Virus record (IMG/VR): IMGVR_UViG_3300009784_000001
Coordinates: 214,418 to 278,417 of that record
DNA from: a virus
Lineage: Duplodnaviria; Heunggongvirae; Uroviricota; Caudoviricetes
Direction: 5' to 3' (one strand)
DNA: 64,000 nucleotides
The translations under genes were made by a program, and so were the position numbers. Below, piece by piece: positions 39,546-50,370 of this stretch. The notes under the pieces are model-generated. The model had not been told where the DNA came from. It did no database searches and was given only the letters and a program-made list of their open reading frames with translations. Within the stretch, counting starts at the first letter, position 1; each line of letters starts with the position of its first letter.

Positions 39546-40532
39546 ATGGCTAATAAAATAAATGAAAATATAGTTATAAATAGAATATTGAATAAATGTA
39601 AAGATATGGATTATGAATTTAGGGGATTTGCCAATGATGATAATTCATATCAAGGGAATATTACATATTTAATATTGTATTGTAATAAGCATAATCATGA
39701 ATGGAAAAGTACATATGCTAATTTTATTAGGGGAAGAAAATGTAAATTTTGTGGGAATGAAAGTAAAATACAGAATAAAACTATAGATAAAACACTTGCA
39801 AGAAAAAAAATAGAAAAAAAATGTAAAGAGAAAGAATACATTTTTAAATGTTTTAAAAATGAAAAAAATGAATATCAAAAATGGGATGATAGATTATTAA
39901 TTTATTGTGATAAACATCAATATGAATGGGAGGTTAGTTATACAAATTTTGTAAATGGTTCTATTAATTCTCCTTGTTGCAAAGGAGGTATTGCATTAAA
40001 AGAAAAAGATGTTATAAATAAAATAAATGATAAATGTACTAAATTAAATTATACTTTCAAAGGCTTTATTGGAAATAAATATAAAAATAATAAAACTAAA
40101 TTGATTTTGTTTTGTAATAAACATAGTTATGAATGGTATCCTATTTATTCTGATTTTATTTGTAGAAATTCAGGTTGTCCTATTTGTAGAGAATCTAAGA
40201 TAGAAAAAGAAGTTGTTGATATATTAAAAATCAATTTAATTAAATTTGAAAGATGGTATAAAGATTTTGATTGGCTAAAAAATAAAAAAACTAATAGGAA
40301 ACTTGAACTTGATTTTTATCTTCCAGATTATAATATTGCTATTGAATGTCAAGGCGGACAACATTTCAGAGCTATAAAACAATTTGGTGGCATAAAAGGA
40401 TATGAAAAAATAAAATATAGAGATCAAATAAAAAGAGAATTATGTGAAAATCATAATTTAGCTTTATATTATATTAAATATAATGATAATATTAAAAGTG
40501 AAATGAATAAAATATTAAATTTAATAAAATAA
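39546..40532 (+). CDS. Putative homing endonuclease: three Zn repeats of a different subtype plus the same nuclease domain
   Basis: 3x C-x-KH..EW...Y..F...CxxC, and LELDFYLPDYNIAIECQGGQH. Confidence 0.8.
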   Translation: MANKINENIVINRILNKCKDMDYEFRGFANDDNSYQGNITYLILYCNKHNHEWKSTYANFIRGRKCKFCGNESKIQNKTIDKTLARKKIEKKCKEKEYIFKCFKNEKNEYQKWDDRLLIYCDKHQYEWEVSYTNFVNGSINSPCCKGGIALKEKDVINKINDKCTKLNYTFKGFIGNKYKNNKTKLILFCNKHSYEWYPIYSDFICRNSGCPICRESKIEKEVVDILKINLIKFERWYKDFDWLKNKKTNRKLELDFYLPDYNIAIECQGGQHFRAIKQFGGIKGYEKIKYRDQIKRELCENHNLALYYIKYNDNIKSEMNKILNLIK

Positions 40533-43000
40533 TGACAACAGTACCAACTAAACGCATTTCTGGTTTAGCTAGATCTTTCGAGGAATATCAAAACGAATTA
40601 CTGAATTTTACTAAATTATTTTATCCTGATATATTGAATAATCTTAATGATAGTAGTGTAGGAGCTTGGTTTATTGATTTAAACGCTTCAATTGGGGATA
40701 ACTTATCAAATTATATAGATAGAAGCTATCAAGAAACAAGTATAGACCAAGCACAGTTAAGAAGAAGTTTATTTTCAATTGCTAGAACAAAAGGATTGAA
40801 AATACCTGGCAAAAAAGCATCATTGGTTGAATGTGAAATAGCTTGTGATGTACCTATGGATAGTAATCTTAATCCAAATGTTAATTATTTACCAATTATA
40901 AGAAAAGGATCACAAGCAACAGGAAATGGTAGAGTTTTTGAATTTATTGATGATTCAGATTTTTCAAATCAGTTTAGTAAAAGTGGAGTTAGTAATAGAC
41001 AAATTATTCCAAAAAGAGATAGTAATGGAACGATAACTGGATATACTGTTAAAAAGTTGGAAGTATTATCAGGAAGTCAAACAAAAATATATAATACTGT
41101 AATAGATGATTTTATGGTAGTACCTTTTATGGAAATTGTATTACCTGAACCAAATGTATTATCAATAGATTCTATAATTTTTAAAGAGGGCACTAACTTT
41201 CAATATACTCCATCTAATCAAGATTTTTCTTTACAACAAGAGTTTTTAGATGGCAGTTCTACAAGTGATGGATTGCCTACATGGAAATATTTTGAAGTGG
41301 ATAGTTTATTGGAAGATAAATTATTTTTACCTGATTTAGAACAAATACCTGGTGGATTTGATAACTATCCACATGAAGTATCTAATAATTTTAATGGTGT
41401 TTCTGTTAATTCAAATGTCAGGATTATAAATGGTGGAACTGGTTATACAACAGGAAATGTGTCTATAACACAAATAGGCTCTGATAATAATGCAACAGGA
41501 ACGGTTACTGTTGCCAGTGGTGTTGTAACAGCAGTTACTATTGTTAATGGTGGAACAAACTATACAAATGGTGCAACAGTTATAATTTCACAAGGTTCAA
41601 ATAGAACAGCAGCAGGAATTGCAGTTGTTAATAGTAGTGGCATAATAACAAGTGTTACAGTTCCAAGTGGAAGTATTATTAACAATGCTGATATAAGACC
41701 AGGTGTTGGTTACAGTATTAATATGATTAATTCAAGTGGAAATGTTCCTGTAATTACATATAATGGGAGAACTTATGCAGCAAATTCTAACAATCAGTTT
41801 TTTGGTATTAATGGTGTAACAACAGGTACAGCACCCATAACAAATCCTACAAATGCTTCTGTTCTTGATATAACTAATTATAATGTTTCAATCGTACCAG
41901 GTTCATGGAAAACTATTAGACAAAAATATATTACAGAATACACAGATAAAGGATTTATGAAAATCATATTTGGTGCTGGTTCTGATTATGGCTATTTTTC
42001 AAATGGCATATTAAGCTCTGGACAAGAACAAATAAGAAGAATTATTAATAATGATAATATGGGTGTATTGCCAAATCCTGGTTGGACTATGTTCATTCAA
42101 TACAGGATAGGTGGAGGTGTGCAATCTAATGTAGCTTCTAATGTTATTAATCAATTAAGTTTTAGAAATATTGATATACCAGGTATTGGAGATGGAAGTG
42201 GTGATGATGCTTATTGGAAAAATTATGTAGATAGATCAATTACTATAACCAATACTTCTCCTTCCGTTTCAGGAAGAGATGAACCATCTAATGATGAAGT
42301 TAGATATATGATAAAATATAATAATCTTGCTCAAAATAGGTGCGTTACAATTCAGGATTATAAGGATAGAATTGAAAAAATGCCACCTTTATATGGTACA
42401 CCATTCCGTTTGGGAATTATAGAAAGAAATAATATTATATATATTTCAATATTAGGTATAGATCAAGGTGGTCATTTAACTGATAATGTAAGTACTACGT
42501 TAATTGATAATATGAGTAATTATTTGAGTGAATATAAAATAATGACTGATTATGTTATAATTAAGCCTGGTAAAATTGTAAATTTACAGATTGAAGCTGA
42601 TATAATTGTTAATAAGGCTTTTAATAATAATGATGTTGTTAAAAATATTATTGAAACAATTCAAGATTTTTTTGATATTAATCAACGAAAAATGGGAGAA
42701 AACATATACATTTCTCAATTAAATCAATCAATATTGTCAGTATCAGGTATTAACAATTTAATTGAAATAAGGGTTTATAATATATTTGATAATGAATATT
42801 CAAAAAATAGAATAAGTCAAGCTATTATTGCAGGGCAATTTACAAATGGTGGAATATGGCAGCCAAGTCAAACTGCTGGAACAAATAGAGTTCAAGTTGA
42901 TTTATTAAATAGTGAAGGTATTCTTTTTGCTGATATAGATACAATGTTTGAAGTAAGAAATATAAATGTTGATATAAAAATAAGAGTTAAAAATAATTGA
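40532..43000 (+). CDS. Baseplate wedge subunit (T4 gp6 / baseplate J-like)
   Basis: RSF...L...YP, D..YQE..I..AQ, YRIGGG..SN, GRDE, QNRCVTIQDY. Follows the gp25-like gene. Confidence 0.88.
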   Translation: MTTVPTKRISGLARSFEEYQNELLNFTKLFYPDILNNLNDSSVGAWFIDLNASIGDNLSNYIDRSYQETSIDQAQLRRSLFSIARTKGLKIPGKKASLVECEIACDVPMDSNLNPNVNYLPIIRKGSQATGNGRVFEFIDDSDFSNQFSKSGVSNRQIIPKRDSNGTITGYTVKKLEVLSGSQTKIYNTVIDDFMVVPFMEIVLPEPNVLSIDSIIFKEGTNFQYTPSNQDFSLQQEFLDGSSTSDGLPTWKYFEVDSLLEDKLFLPDLEQIPGGFDNYPHEVSNNFNGVSVNSNVRIINGGTGYTTGNVSITQIGSDNNATGTVTVASGVVTAVTIVNGGTNYTNGATVIISQGSNRTAAGIAVVNSSGIITSVTVPSGSIINNADIRPGVGYSINMINSSGNVPVITYNGRTYAANSNNQFFGINGVTTGTAPITNPTNASVLDITNYNVSIVPGSWKTIRQKYITEYTDKGFMKIIFGAGSDYGYFSNGILSSGQEQIRRIINNDNMGVLPNPGWTMFIQYRIGGGVQSNVASNVINQLSFRNIDIPGIGDGSGDDAYWKNYVDRSITITNTSPSVSGRDEPSNDEVRYMIKYNNLAQNRCVTIQDYKDRIEKMPPLYGTPFRLGIIERNNIIYISILGIDQGGHLTDNVSTTLIDNMSNYLSEYKIMTDYVIIKPGKIVNLQIEADIIVNKAFNNNDVVKNIIETIQDFFDINQRKMGENIYISQLNQSILSVSGINNLIEIRVYNIFDNEYSKNRISQAIIAGQFTNGGIWQPSQTAGTNRVQVDLLNSEGILFADIDTMFEVRNINVDIKIRVKNN

Positions 43001-43013
43001 TATATAGATTGTT

Positions 43014-43346
43014 ATGGGATGTAATTGTAAGGGGGTCGAAAAAGCTCAAAAAATTGAAAGAATATTTAAAAATCATGCGACTAATATTAAACCAAAAGAG
43101 AATGTTGAAAAAGAAGGAGTGACTTTATTTTCAATTATAAGTAAATTGTTTGAAGTTATTGGAAAATTTATTTTTACTTCAATAATTGCAATATTAGTAT
43201 TTATAATATTGATTCCTGTTTTATTATTCATAAGTATATGGAATATTTTTTCAAAAAAGGAGTTAACAGTTAAACTTCCAATATATTGGTTTAAAAAATA
43301 TAAAAAATTAGCAGATAATGTAGAATTCAATGTCAGAGATAAATAA
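43014..43346 (+). CDS. Small membrane protein with an N-terminal MGCNCK motif
   Basis: Long hydrophobic segment FIFTSIIAILVFIILIPVLLFISIW. Confidence 0.65.
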   Translation: MGCNCKGVEKAQKIERIFKNHATNIKPKENVEKEGVTLFSIISKLFEVIGKFIFTSIIAILVFIILIPVLLFISIWNIFSKKELTVKLPIYWFKKYKKLADNVEFNVRDK

Positions 43347-46300
43347 TAAATCATATAGAATAAAGGTAAAGTCAAATGCCACAGAAAGTTCTAAAATTTC
43401 TGTTAAATTGGATAGAGATTATAGTTTTATTGAAATTTTATCATTAAAAATTAATCAAGAAGATTTTTATAAATTATATACATCAGATTATGGAATAGTT
43501 GTTGGTAGAGTTCAAGCTAATGGGGGGATTGGTGTAGAAAATGCTAAAATATCAGTCTTTATTCCTGCTGATAGTACAACTTTTAATGATCTTGAAAAAT
43601 ATCTTATTTATCCTTACACTACATTACAAACAAAAGATATAAATAATATTCGTTATAATTTATTACCAAGTACTAAATTAAATGATTGCTATCAAGTAAT
43701 TGGAACATTTCCTAGTAAAAGATTTGTTTTAGACAATAATAGTGTTCTTGAAATTTTTGATGAATATTATAAGTATACAACAGTTACTAATAAAGCAGGA
43801 GATTATATGATATATGGTCTTCCTGTTAATAATAATTTATTACATGTTGATATAGATTTAAGTGACATTGGTATTTTATCACAAAAACCTCGTGATATGT
43901 TTTACAAGGGATATAATGTGGAACAGTTTCAATCTTCAACCCAATTTAAGACAGATAGTAATTTAAATAATTTAACACAAATTATAAGTCAGGATCAAAA
44001 TGTATTTGTATATCCATTTTGGGGAGATGAGAGTGAAACTAATGTTGCTATTACAAGATGTGATATAAATATTCAGTATAAATTTGAACCTACATGTATT
44101 TTTATGGGTTCTATCTTTACTGATACACAAGAAGCTGGAATATTAAAAAATTGCAAAGTACAAAAAGCTGTTGGAAGAATGTCTTCATTAACTACAGGAG
44201 AAGGTAAAATTGAAATGATAAGGAAAACTTTTGATGGTATTATTGAGGAGTTTCAAATTAAAGGAAATAGATTAATAGATGGTGATGGGGTTTTTTGTTA
44301 TCAAATACCAATGAATTTAGATTATGTAACAACTGATGAGTTTGGTAATTTGATTCCAACTGATAATCCAAATAAAGGTATTCCAACAAGAGCAGAAGTT
44401 AGATTTAGACTTTCATTAGATAATGTTGGTGATGAAGGATTTAGTAAAAAAAGAGGAGAATTTTTAATTCCACATAATCCACAAATTCAAAACGAAATTG
44501 ATTTTAATTTTGGAGTTACTACAAAAGATACTAGTTTCGTCAATTTATTTTGGAATAAAGTATATAGTGTTAAATCATATATTCCAAGGTTACAATTAAT
44601 AAATAGTTATCGTAATAGAGAATTTATTGGGATTAAAACAATTAATGATTATGGTCAAAATAATCCATTTCCATACAATACTGTTTATATAACAATGCCT
44701 ATTGCATTTAATATATTATGTTTATTAACAGACTTTGTAATTAATATTGTTTCAGTTTTAAATAAATTTTTAAGTTGGCTTCATAACTTAGGATTTTTGG
44801 GAGTTCATCCTTTTCGATCAGTTAATTGTATTAGTGTAGGTAGTGGTTGGTGTACTTATCTTGATCAAACATTATATCCTGGCTGTTATGGAAATGCAGC
44901 AAGAGGAAAATATACAAATACGGATGTTATTAGAGATTGTGTAACAACAAGTTTGGCTGATGATTTTAATGTATATAATTTTGACTTTGGTAATGATTGG
45001 GTAAATGGCTCAATTTATTCACCTTTATTTCAAACAAAAATAAAGAAAAAGAAAAAAAGAAGATTTTTAGGATTATTTGGTTCTAGAGTTATAAGTGAAA
45101 CTCTTACATTTTGTGGTTTATATAATAATGATGTAAGTGCTGCTACAAATAGCGGATTTTGGCTGTGGAGTAGAGGTGCTGGTAATGTTCGTTTACTTAG
45201 CAATTGTATTGTTAAATTAATTAGTAGTGGTGATAGCTGGTCTTATTCAGCCAATTCAAATTCTGATTGTAAAAATAATAATTGTTATAAACAAAGTGGT
45301 AATTTTCCAATAGGTCAGGGATATATTAATCAAGTAACAGATGAAAATAATAATATACATTATTATTATATTCCAGCAATTATGAGAACTAATAATGGTA
45401 ATCCTTATCCTGTTCTTTTATATACTATTGATGTTATATTATTAGGTTCAATGAATGATTGTGATATAGATGGTATATTTCCATTACATAAATTTTTACC
45501 TTCAACAACATATCAATTACCTTCTCCAATGTATGATACTGGTCAAAATGTTGAACAAAGTGATGACCCAAATGATCCAACTAACACAGGTACTAATACT
45601 TCAACCTACACAGAAGCAGCAGGTATAAATTGGGGAAGAAATGGGGGACATAGAGGAGATGATCAAGTAACAACAAGTGGTATTAATGGAAGAAAATATG
45701 AGCAAAGTTCTGGCGGGTTGTTTATGGGAATTGGATGTACAGGATCAGATACATATCCAAAGTCTTGTTTTAATGTTACTAGAATATGTGAAGTTGGTGT
45801 ATCATTGGATGAATCTGATATTGAATTTAATAGTTGTAATACTGATGGTATTGTAATTGCGCCTGATGGCTGGATTTTGAAAAAAAATGAATTAATTCAA
45901 TCTGAAGTTAGACAGATGTTTGCTACTTTAAATTCTATACCATTATATAATAGAACAAATGAAAAAAATAATATTATTTCTATTTCAGGTAAATATTTTT
46001 ATAATTTTAAATATTATTATCCTGAAAATTTTGATGGAAAATTAAAATATTTTATAAGTAATTCTGCTATTACTCAAGTTAATTATGTTAATGAAATTAA
46101 AAATTCAGATTATATGGATTTTAGGTTTGGAACTAATTCTAGCCAATTACAATATTATTCTCCAATAGATTATACTTTACCTAGATATATAAATTCTTTT
46201 TATTTTTATTTTGGAATAAGACCTGGTAAAACAGCAATAGATAAATTTAGAAGTGGATTTTATAGTGAATGTGTTTCGATTGTAAAACCTCCTTTTATTG

Positions 46301-49300
46301 TTCAACCTAGAGTTTTGAATGGAGCATTAATTTGCGCTTGTGATAGCAGTAAAGTAATTCCTGTTATAATTAGCATTAATATAAGAGAATTTATTGGAAG
46401 TTATTCAATTCAATTAGAGGATATGTTTGGAACTTTATATCCATTAACTCCTACTCCTTCACCAGAACTAAGAAAAACAAATTTAATAATAAGTTCAAGT
46501 CCAACATATTCTCCTCAAGATTTTTATAGTACTATTTTAGCAAATGGCGGCTTTTTTTATTTAACAATTAAAGATGAGAATGGTGTTAATGTTAGAAGAG
46601 AAATAAATATTCCTGTTTTTGGGATTGTTAATTTTGATTATACAACGGAATCTATTACAAATAATACAGGTGATGATCCTAATAATTATATTGGTCATCA
46701 AACTTCTCTTAATTTATTGAATAAGGGAAAAATAAATATATCTAATTTGAGTGATATTGCTGAAAAAGGATGTCTTCTGAAAAATTATACTTTATCAATT
46801 ACAAGACAAGTTAGAACTGGTACAGATCCTAACACAGGTGGACCGACTTTTGGTCTTCCCTCTACTAAAATTTATAATAGTAGTGATCCTGATTGGTTAG
46901 CAATAGCTAATTATTTTGATACTGGCGCAATATCAACAAGTGGTAATGTATTTAGAATTGTAAGTGGGGGTTCAGGATATACAGCAGGAACAGTTAATAT
47001 TATTCAAGGAACAAATTCAACAGCAACAGCAACAATAACAGTAAATAGTGGGATTATACAAACTGTTACAGTTGTAAGTGGGGGTTCAGGATATACAGCA
47101 GGAACAGTTAATATTATTCAAGGAACAAATTCAACAGCAACAGGAGTACTTAATGAACCACATAGTTTTACAATATATCTTTGGGATGGTAATTATACTA
47201 TAATATTACAAAATAATTATAATTGTCCTTCTTCTTGTCCATGCAAAAATGATTCTAAAGAAATAAATGAAGTTTTTGATGTTGTTCCTCCAATTGAATT
47301 AATAATTGGTGATAGTAATATACGTGCTAAATATTTAACAATTAATAATATATCTTCTGGTTTTGATATATGGTGGCAGAATTTTTATCAATATTTAACA
47401 GGTGGAGATATTACTCTTAATACCTTAAAAAGTTATTATAATGATGAAATGATAACAAGTGAAAATATGGCAGATATAAAGCAAGCATTACAAAACACTT
47501 TTATTAGTTATTGTTCTAATATAAGTATACATTTGACAGGTTTGGGTACTAGACCAGTTTACAAGACTTATTTATTTGGAAAAACTGCTATTATTCCCAT
47601 AATATCAATTGATTATGGAGGAACTGGTTATACAACAGGAATTGCTGATATTATTCAAAATGGTAATGATTCAAGTGAAAATATTATGATAGTGAATATA
47701 ACTGCTATTTCTGGAGCGATAACACAAGTAACTTCAATTAATACTTATGGGCTTGATTATGTTAATACAACTCTTGATGGTTTAAATCCAATTTCATTTC
47801 GACAAGATGGTTCTGGTAATAATGCAACTGGTAAAATTAATGCTCCTCAAGCACAAGATTTCTTGAATAATAATAGTAATCCTTTTCCTGTAATGACAAA
47901 TGAAAGTGCATTGGATGGTACAAGTCAAGTTGTTTTTACATGTAGAAGATTAATAGTAAATGGTAGTAATCTTACTCTTCCTACTGGGTATAAAATGGGT
48001 GGTTATTTTGCAGGAATTATAGGAAATAATGGAGATGGAAATGCATGGAATGATAATTTTAATCAATATGTTTTTGATTACAGAAATAATTTTCCTGTAC
48101 CTGGTAGTGAAAATGATAATGCAATTGATATATTTAATTTGTATGCTATAAACTCTAATAATTGGAGTACTGATCCTTCTACTTATACATTTCCATATAA
48201 AAATTTTGTTTATTTTCAATTATTTGATAGACAATTGAAATTTTATTTGCCATTGTGTAGAATAACAACTAGTAAAACTAATTATTATCTTTATTCTATT
48301 GATTCAAGTACACCTGTTATTCCTATAAATATAGAAACTTATGCCAGTTTTATATATTTTAATGGAGCAGTTTATGATATTAATGGTCATGTTATAAATG
48401 ATGATGGTCATGGAAATAGTACTTTATCTTTTGTTTATGATGATAGTGGTGGAACTGATGCCAATCCAGTTTTTAATTTTGTTGCACAGGTATCTCCTAA
48501 TTTAACAGGTTTTTCAATGGAGAATACTAATAGTCCAGGTATTTTTTTGTTTGGGACTACTTCTCAAACTTTACCAAGTATAAGAGGGTTTAATACAATT
48601 TTTGGGCAAAATATAATGCCATTAGTTTATAATTTTACTATAATAGATGAATATAATGATTGTGAAGATATTACTATTAGTATAAATACTGTTTTTGATT
48701 TAATAAATTCAAAAATATTAGTAATAGATAGTGGTACAAATGATAGTATTCCTAATATTAGCAATACTGCTACATTTACAGTTACAACATTACCACTTAT
48801 TACTAGTACTTTTTATCTAATTAATGCCAGTACAGTTAATTTATTGCCAGAGAAAATTTTATATCCAGATAATACTTTTCCTTTAACAGGTACTATTAAT
48901 TCAGATCCAAGTAAAGTTTATTTTAACTCATTGGATGTTGTTGAGGCAATTTATTCTGATCTAATGCCAACACCACCAAATAGTCATTTTATTGATAGAT
49001 TACCAGAAAGAATTTTAACAAATACAGGTATAACAAATAAAATTTATGTTAAGAAGCCTGGAACTGTAACAGATAATATTAATGGAAATGTTACTTATAG
49101 TGAATCTGGCATGACTGATATGTATTATGTAATTGCGGTTAAAGATGATTCAGTGAGAACTTTTTCACAACCTATTAATTTATCGTATAATAGAATTGAA
49201 CTAGATTTGCCATTTGTTGATAGTGATATAAAAGTAAATTTTGTAGGTTATTCCATTTTACAAAGTTTTGGATATACCTTTAAATTACATAAAGGTAATT

Positions 49301-50343
49301 ATAACCTAAATTATACTACTATAGAAGCAGATGACTTTTTTATTGCTGATTCCAGTTTTACTGAAATTGTACAACTAGTAACAAATGATAACACTTATAC
49401 ATTTAATAATGTAAGTGTAGATACAACAGATCCAACTAAAATAATTAGAATATCTGTTTCAAATGTATTAGGAGTTACTCATATCCTTTATACAAGTATG
49501 TTTAAAGGAATTTCTCCAAATGATGAAATTGCATGTGCATTATGTAATAGTACTGGGGAAAGAACTTATGGAACTAGACCTATTGGAAGTACTAATGTTC
49601 CAACTTCTTTTGTATATTATACTGCAAGTTTAGATTTTATTGGTAGTATTCAATTAAATTCTGATAAAACTTTAAAAGGCGAACCAGTTACAAGTGGAAC
49701 GATAACAAAAGATGAGTTTTTAGGATTAGGTATAGGTGATGAAAGTAAACTGCCTGATTGCTGTGATTGTGATCCTGTATTATCATCATTAAGTATTTCC
49801 TCAACCCCAAATACTTTTACTCCTGCGTTTAATTCAAATACTTTTGCCTATACAGCAACTTATACTACAAGACCAAGTGGAAATGCAACTGCAACTGCTG
49901 TTATTGATACTACAGTTAGTTCCCCAACAATAGGACAGGTTACAAATATTACAGTAAATAATCCTTCAAATGTTGGATATACAACAGCACCAATAGTTAC
50001 AATATCAGCACCAGGTGGAGTAGGGAATGTAACAGCAACATCAACTGCTGTTATTGATACAGTTTCAACATCTCCAACTTATGGTCAAATTACAGCTATA
50101 AATATAACAAATCATGGATCTGGTTATACATCAGCACCAAATGTTACAATATCAGGTGGAGGATATCTTATTAATATTAATGCAACTATTTCAAATAATA
50201 ATTGTTATGAAATAGTAAGTGGGACAGGACAACAATCAATTACTTCAAATTCTCAACAACTTCAAGTAATTGTTCGCATTAAAGATGATGTTCCTGTTAT
50301 TAGTAATACTTATGTAATTACAGTAGTTTCTAATTTTTTATAA
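43330..50343 (+). CDS. Very large baseplate/tail structural protein
   Basis: N-terminal carboxypeptidase-regulatory-like sandwich (GRV...NAKISVF...TNKAGDY), GxGYT repeats and a C-terminal cadherin-like beta sandwich. Lies in the baseplate cluster. Confidence 0.7.
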   Translation: MSEINNKSYRIKVKSNATESSKISVKLDRDYSFIEILSLKINQEDFYKLYTSDYGIVVGRVQANGGIGVENAKISVFIPADSTTFNDLEKYLIYPYTTLQTKDINNIRYNLLPSTKLNDCYQVIGTFPSKRFVLDNNSVLEIFDEYYKYTTVTNKAGDYMIYGLPVNNNLLHVDIDLSDIGILSQKPRDMFYKGYNVEQFQSSTQFKTDSNLNNLTQIISQDQNVFVYPFWGDESETNVAITRCDINIQYKFEPTCIFMGSIFTDTQEAGILKNCKVQKAVGRMSSLTTGEGKIEMIRKTFDGIIEEFQIKGNRLIDGDGVFCYQIPMNLDYVTTDEFGNLIPTDNPNKGIPTRAEVRFRLSLDNVGDEGFSKKRGEFLIPHNPQIQNEIDFNFGVTTKDTSFVNLFWNKVYSVKSYIPRLQLINSYRNREFIGIKTINDYGQNNPFPYNTVYITMPIAFNILCLLTDFVINIVSVLNKFLSWLHNLGFLGVHPFRSVNCISVGSGWCTYLDQTLYPGCYGNAARGKYTNTDVIRDCVTTSLADDFNVYNFDFGNDWVNGSIYSPLFQTKIKKKKKRRFLGLFGSRVISETLTFCGLYNNDVSAATNSGFWLWSRGAGNVRLLSNCIVKLISSGDSWSYSANSNSDCKNNNCYKQSGNFPIGQGYINQVTDENNNIHYYYIPAIMRTNNGNPYPVLLYTIDVILLGSMNDCDIDGIFPLHKFLPSTTYQLPSPMYDTGQNVEQSDDPNDPTNTGTNTSTYTEAAGINWGRNGGHRGDDQVTTSGINGRKYEQSSGGLFMGIGCTGSDTYPKSCFNVTRICEVGVSLDESDIEFNSCNTDGIVIAPDGWILKKNELIQSEVRQMFATLNSIPLYNRTNEKNNIISISGKYFYNFKYYYPENFDGKLKYFISNSAITQVNYVNEIKNSDYMDFRFGTNSSQLQYYSPIDYTLPRYINSFYFYFGIRPGKTAIDKFRSGFYSECVSIVKPPFIVQPRVLNGALICACDSSKVIPVIISINIREFIGSYSIQLEDMFGTLYPLTPTPSPELRKTNLIISSSPTYSPQDFYSTILANGGFFYLTIKDENGVNVRREINIPVFGIVNFDYTTESITNNTGDDPNNYIGHQTSLNLLNKGKINISNLSDIAEKGCLLKNYTLSITRQVRTGTDPNTGGPTFGLPSTKIYNSSDPDWLAIANYFDTGAISTSGNVFRIVSGGSGYTAGTVNIIQGTNSTATATITVNSGIIQTVTVVSGGSGYTAGTVNIIQGTNSTATGVLNEPHSFTIYLWDGNYTIILQNNYNCPSSCPCKNDSKEINEVFDVVPPIELIIGDSNIRAKYLTINNISSGFDIWWQNFYQYLTGGDITLNTLKSYYNDEMITSENMADIKQALQNTFISYCSNISIHLTGLGTRPVYKTYLFGKTAIIPIISIDYGGTGYTTGIADIIQNGNDSSENIMIVNITAISGAITQVTSINTYGLDYVNTTLDGLNPISFRQDGSGNNATGKINAPQAQDFLNNNSNPFPVMTNESALDGTSQVVFTCRRLIVNGSNLTLPTGYKMGGYFAGIIGNNGDGNAWNDNFNQYVFDYRNNFPVPGSENDNAIDIFNLYAINSNNWSTDPSTYTFPYKNFVYFQLFDRQLKFYLPLCRITTSKTNYYLYSIDSSTPVIPINIETYASFIYFNGAVYDINGHVINDDGHGNSTLSFVYDDSGGTDANPVFNFVAQVSPNLTGFSMENTNSPGIFLFGTTSQTLPSIRGFNTIFGQNIMPLVYNFTIIDEYNDCEDITISINTVFDLINSKILVIDSGTNDSIPNISNTATFTVTTLPLITSTFYLINASTVNLLPEKILYPDNTFPLTGTINSDPSKVYFNSLDVVEAIYSDLMPTPPNSHFIDRLPERILTNTGITNKIYVKKPGTVTDNINGNVTYSESGMTDMYYVIAVKDDSVRTFSQPINLSYNRIELDLPFVDSDIKVNFVGYSILQSFGYTFKLHKGNYNLNYTTIEADDFFIADSSFTEIVQLVTNDNTYTFNNVSVDTTDPTKIIRISVSNVLGVTHILYTSMFKGISPNDEIACALCNSTGERTYGTRPIGSTNVPTSFVYYTASLDFIGSIQLNSDKTLKGEPVTSGTITKDEFLGLGIGDESKLPDCCDCDPVLSSLSISSTPNTFTPAFNSNTFAYTATYTTRPSGNATATAVIDTTVSSPTIGQVTNITVNNPSNVGYTTAPIVTISAPGGVGNVTATSTAVIDTVSTSPTYGQITAINITNHGSGYTSAPNVTISGGGYLININATISNNNCYEIVSGTGQQSITSNSQQLQVIVRIKDDVPVISNTYVITVVSNFL
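46958..47143 (+). repeat. Exact 72-bp in-frame duplication (period 114 bp)
   Basis: 46958-47029 is identical to 47072-47143 and encodes VSGGSGYTAGTVNIIQGTNSTAT. Confidence 0.92.
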
Positions 50344-50370
50344 AATAATCTAAATATATTTATGTAAGAA

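Noticed and set aside
45037-45085. Similarity of KKKRR-FLGLFG to a eukaryotic-virus polybasic cleavage site and fusion peptide, or an NLS
   Set aside because: The match is short and low-complexity in a clearly bacteriophage context, so homology is not supportable.
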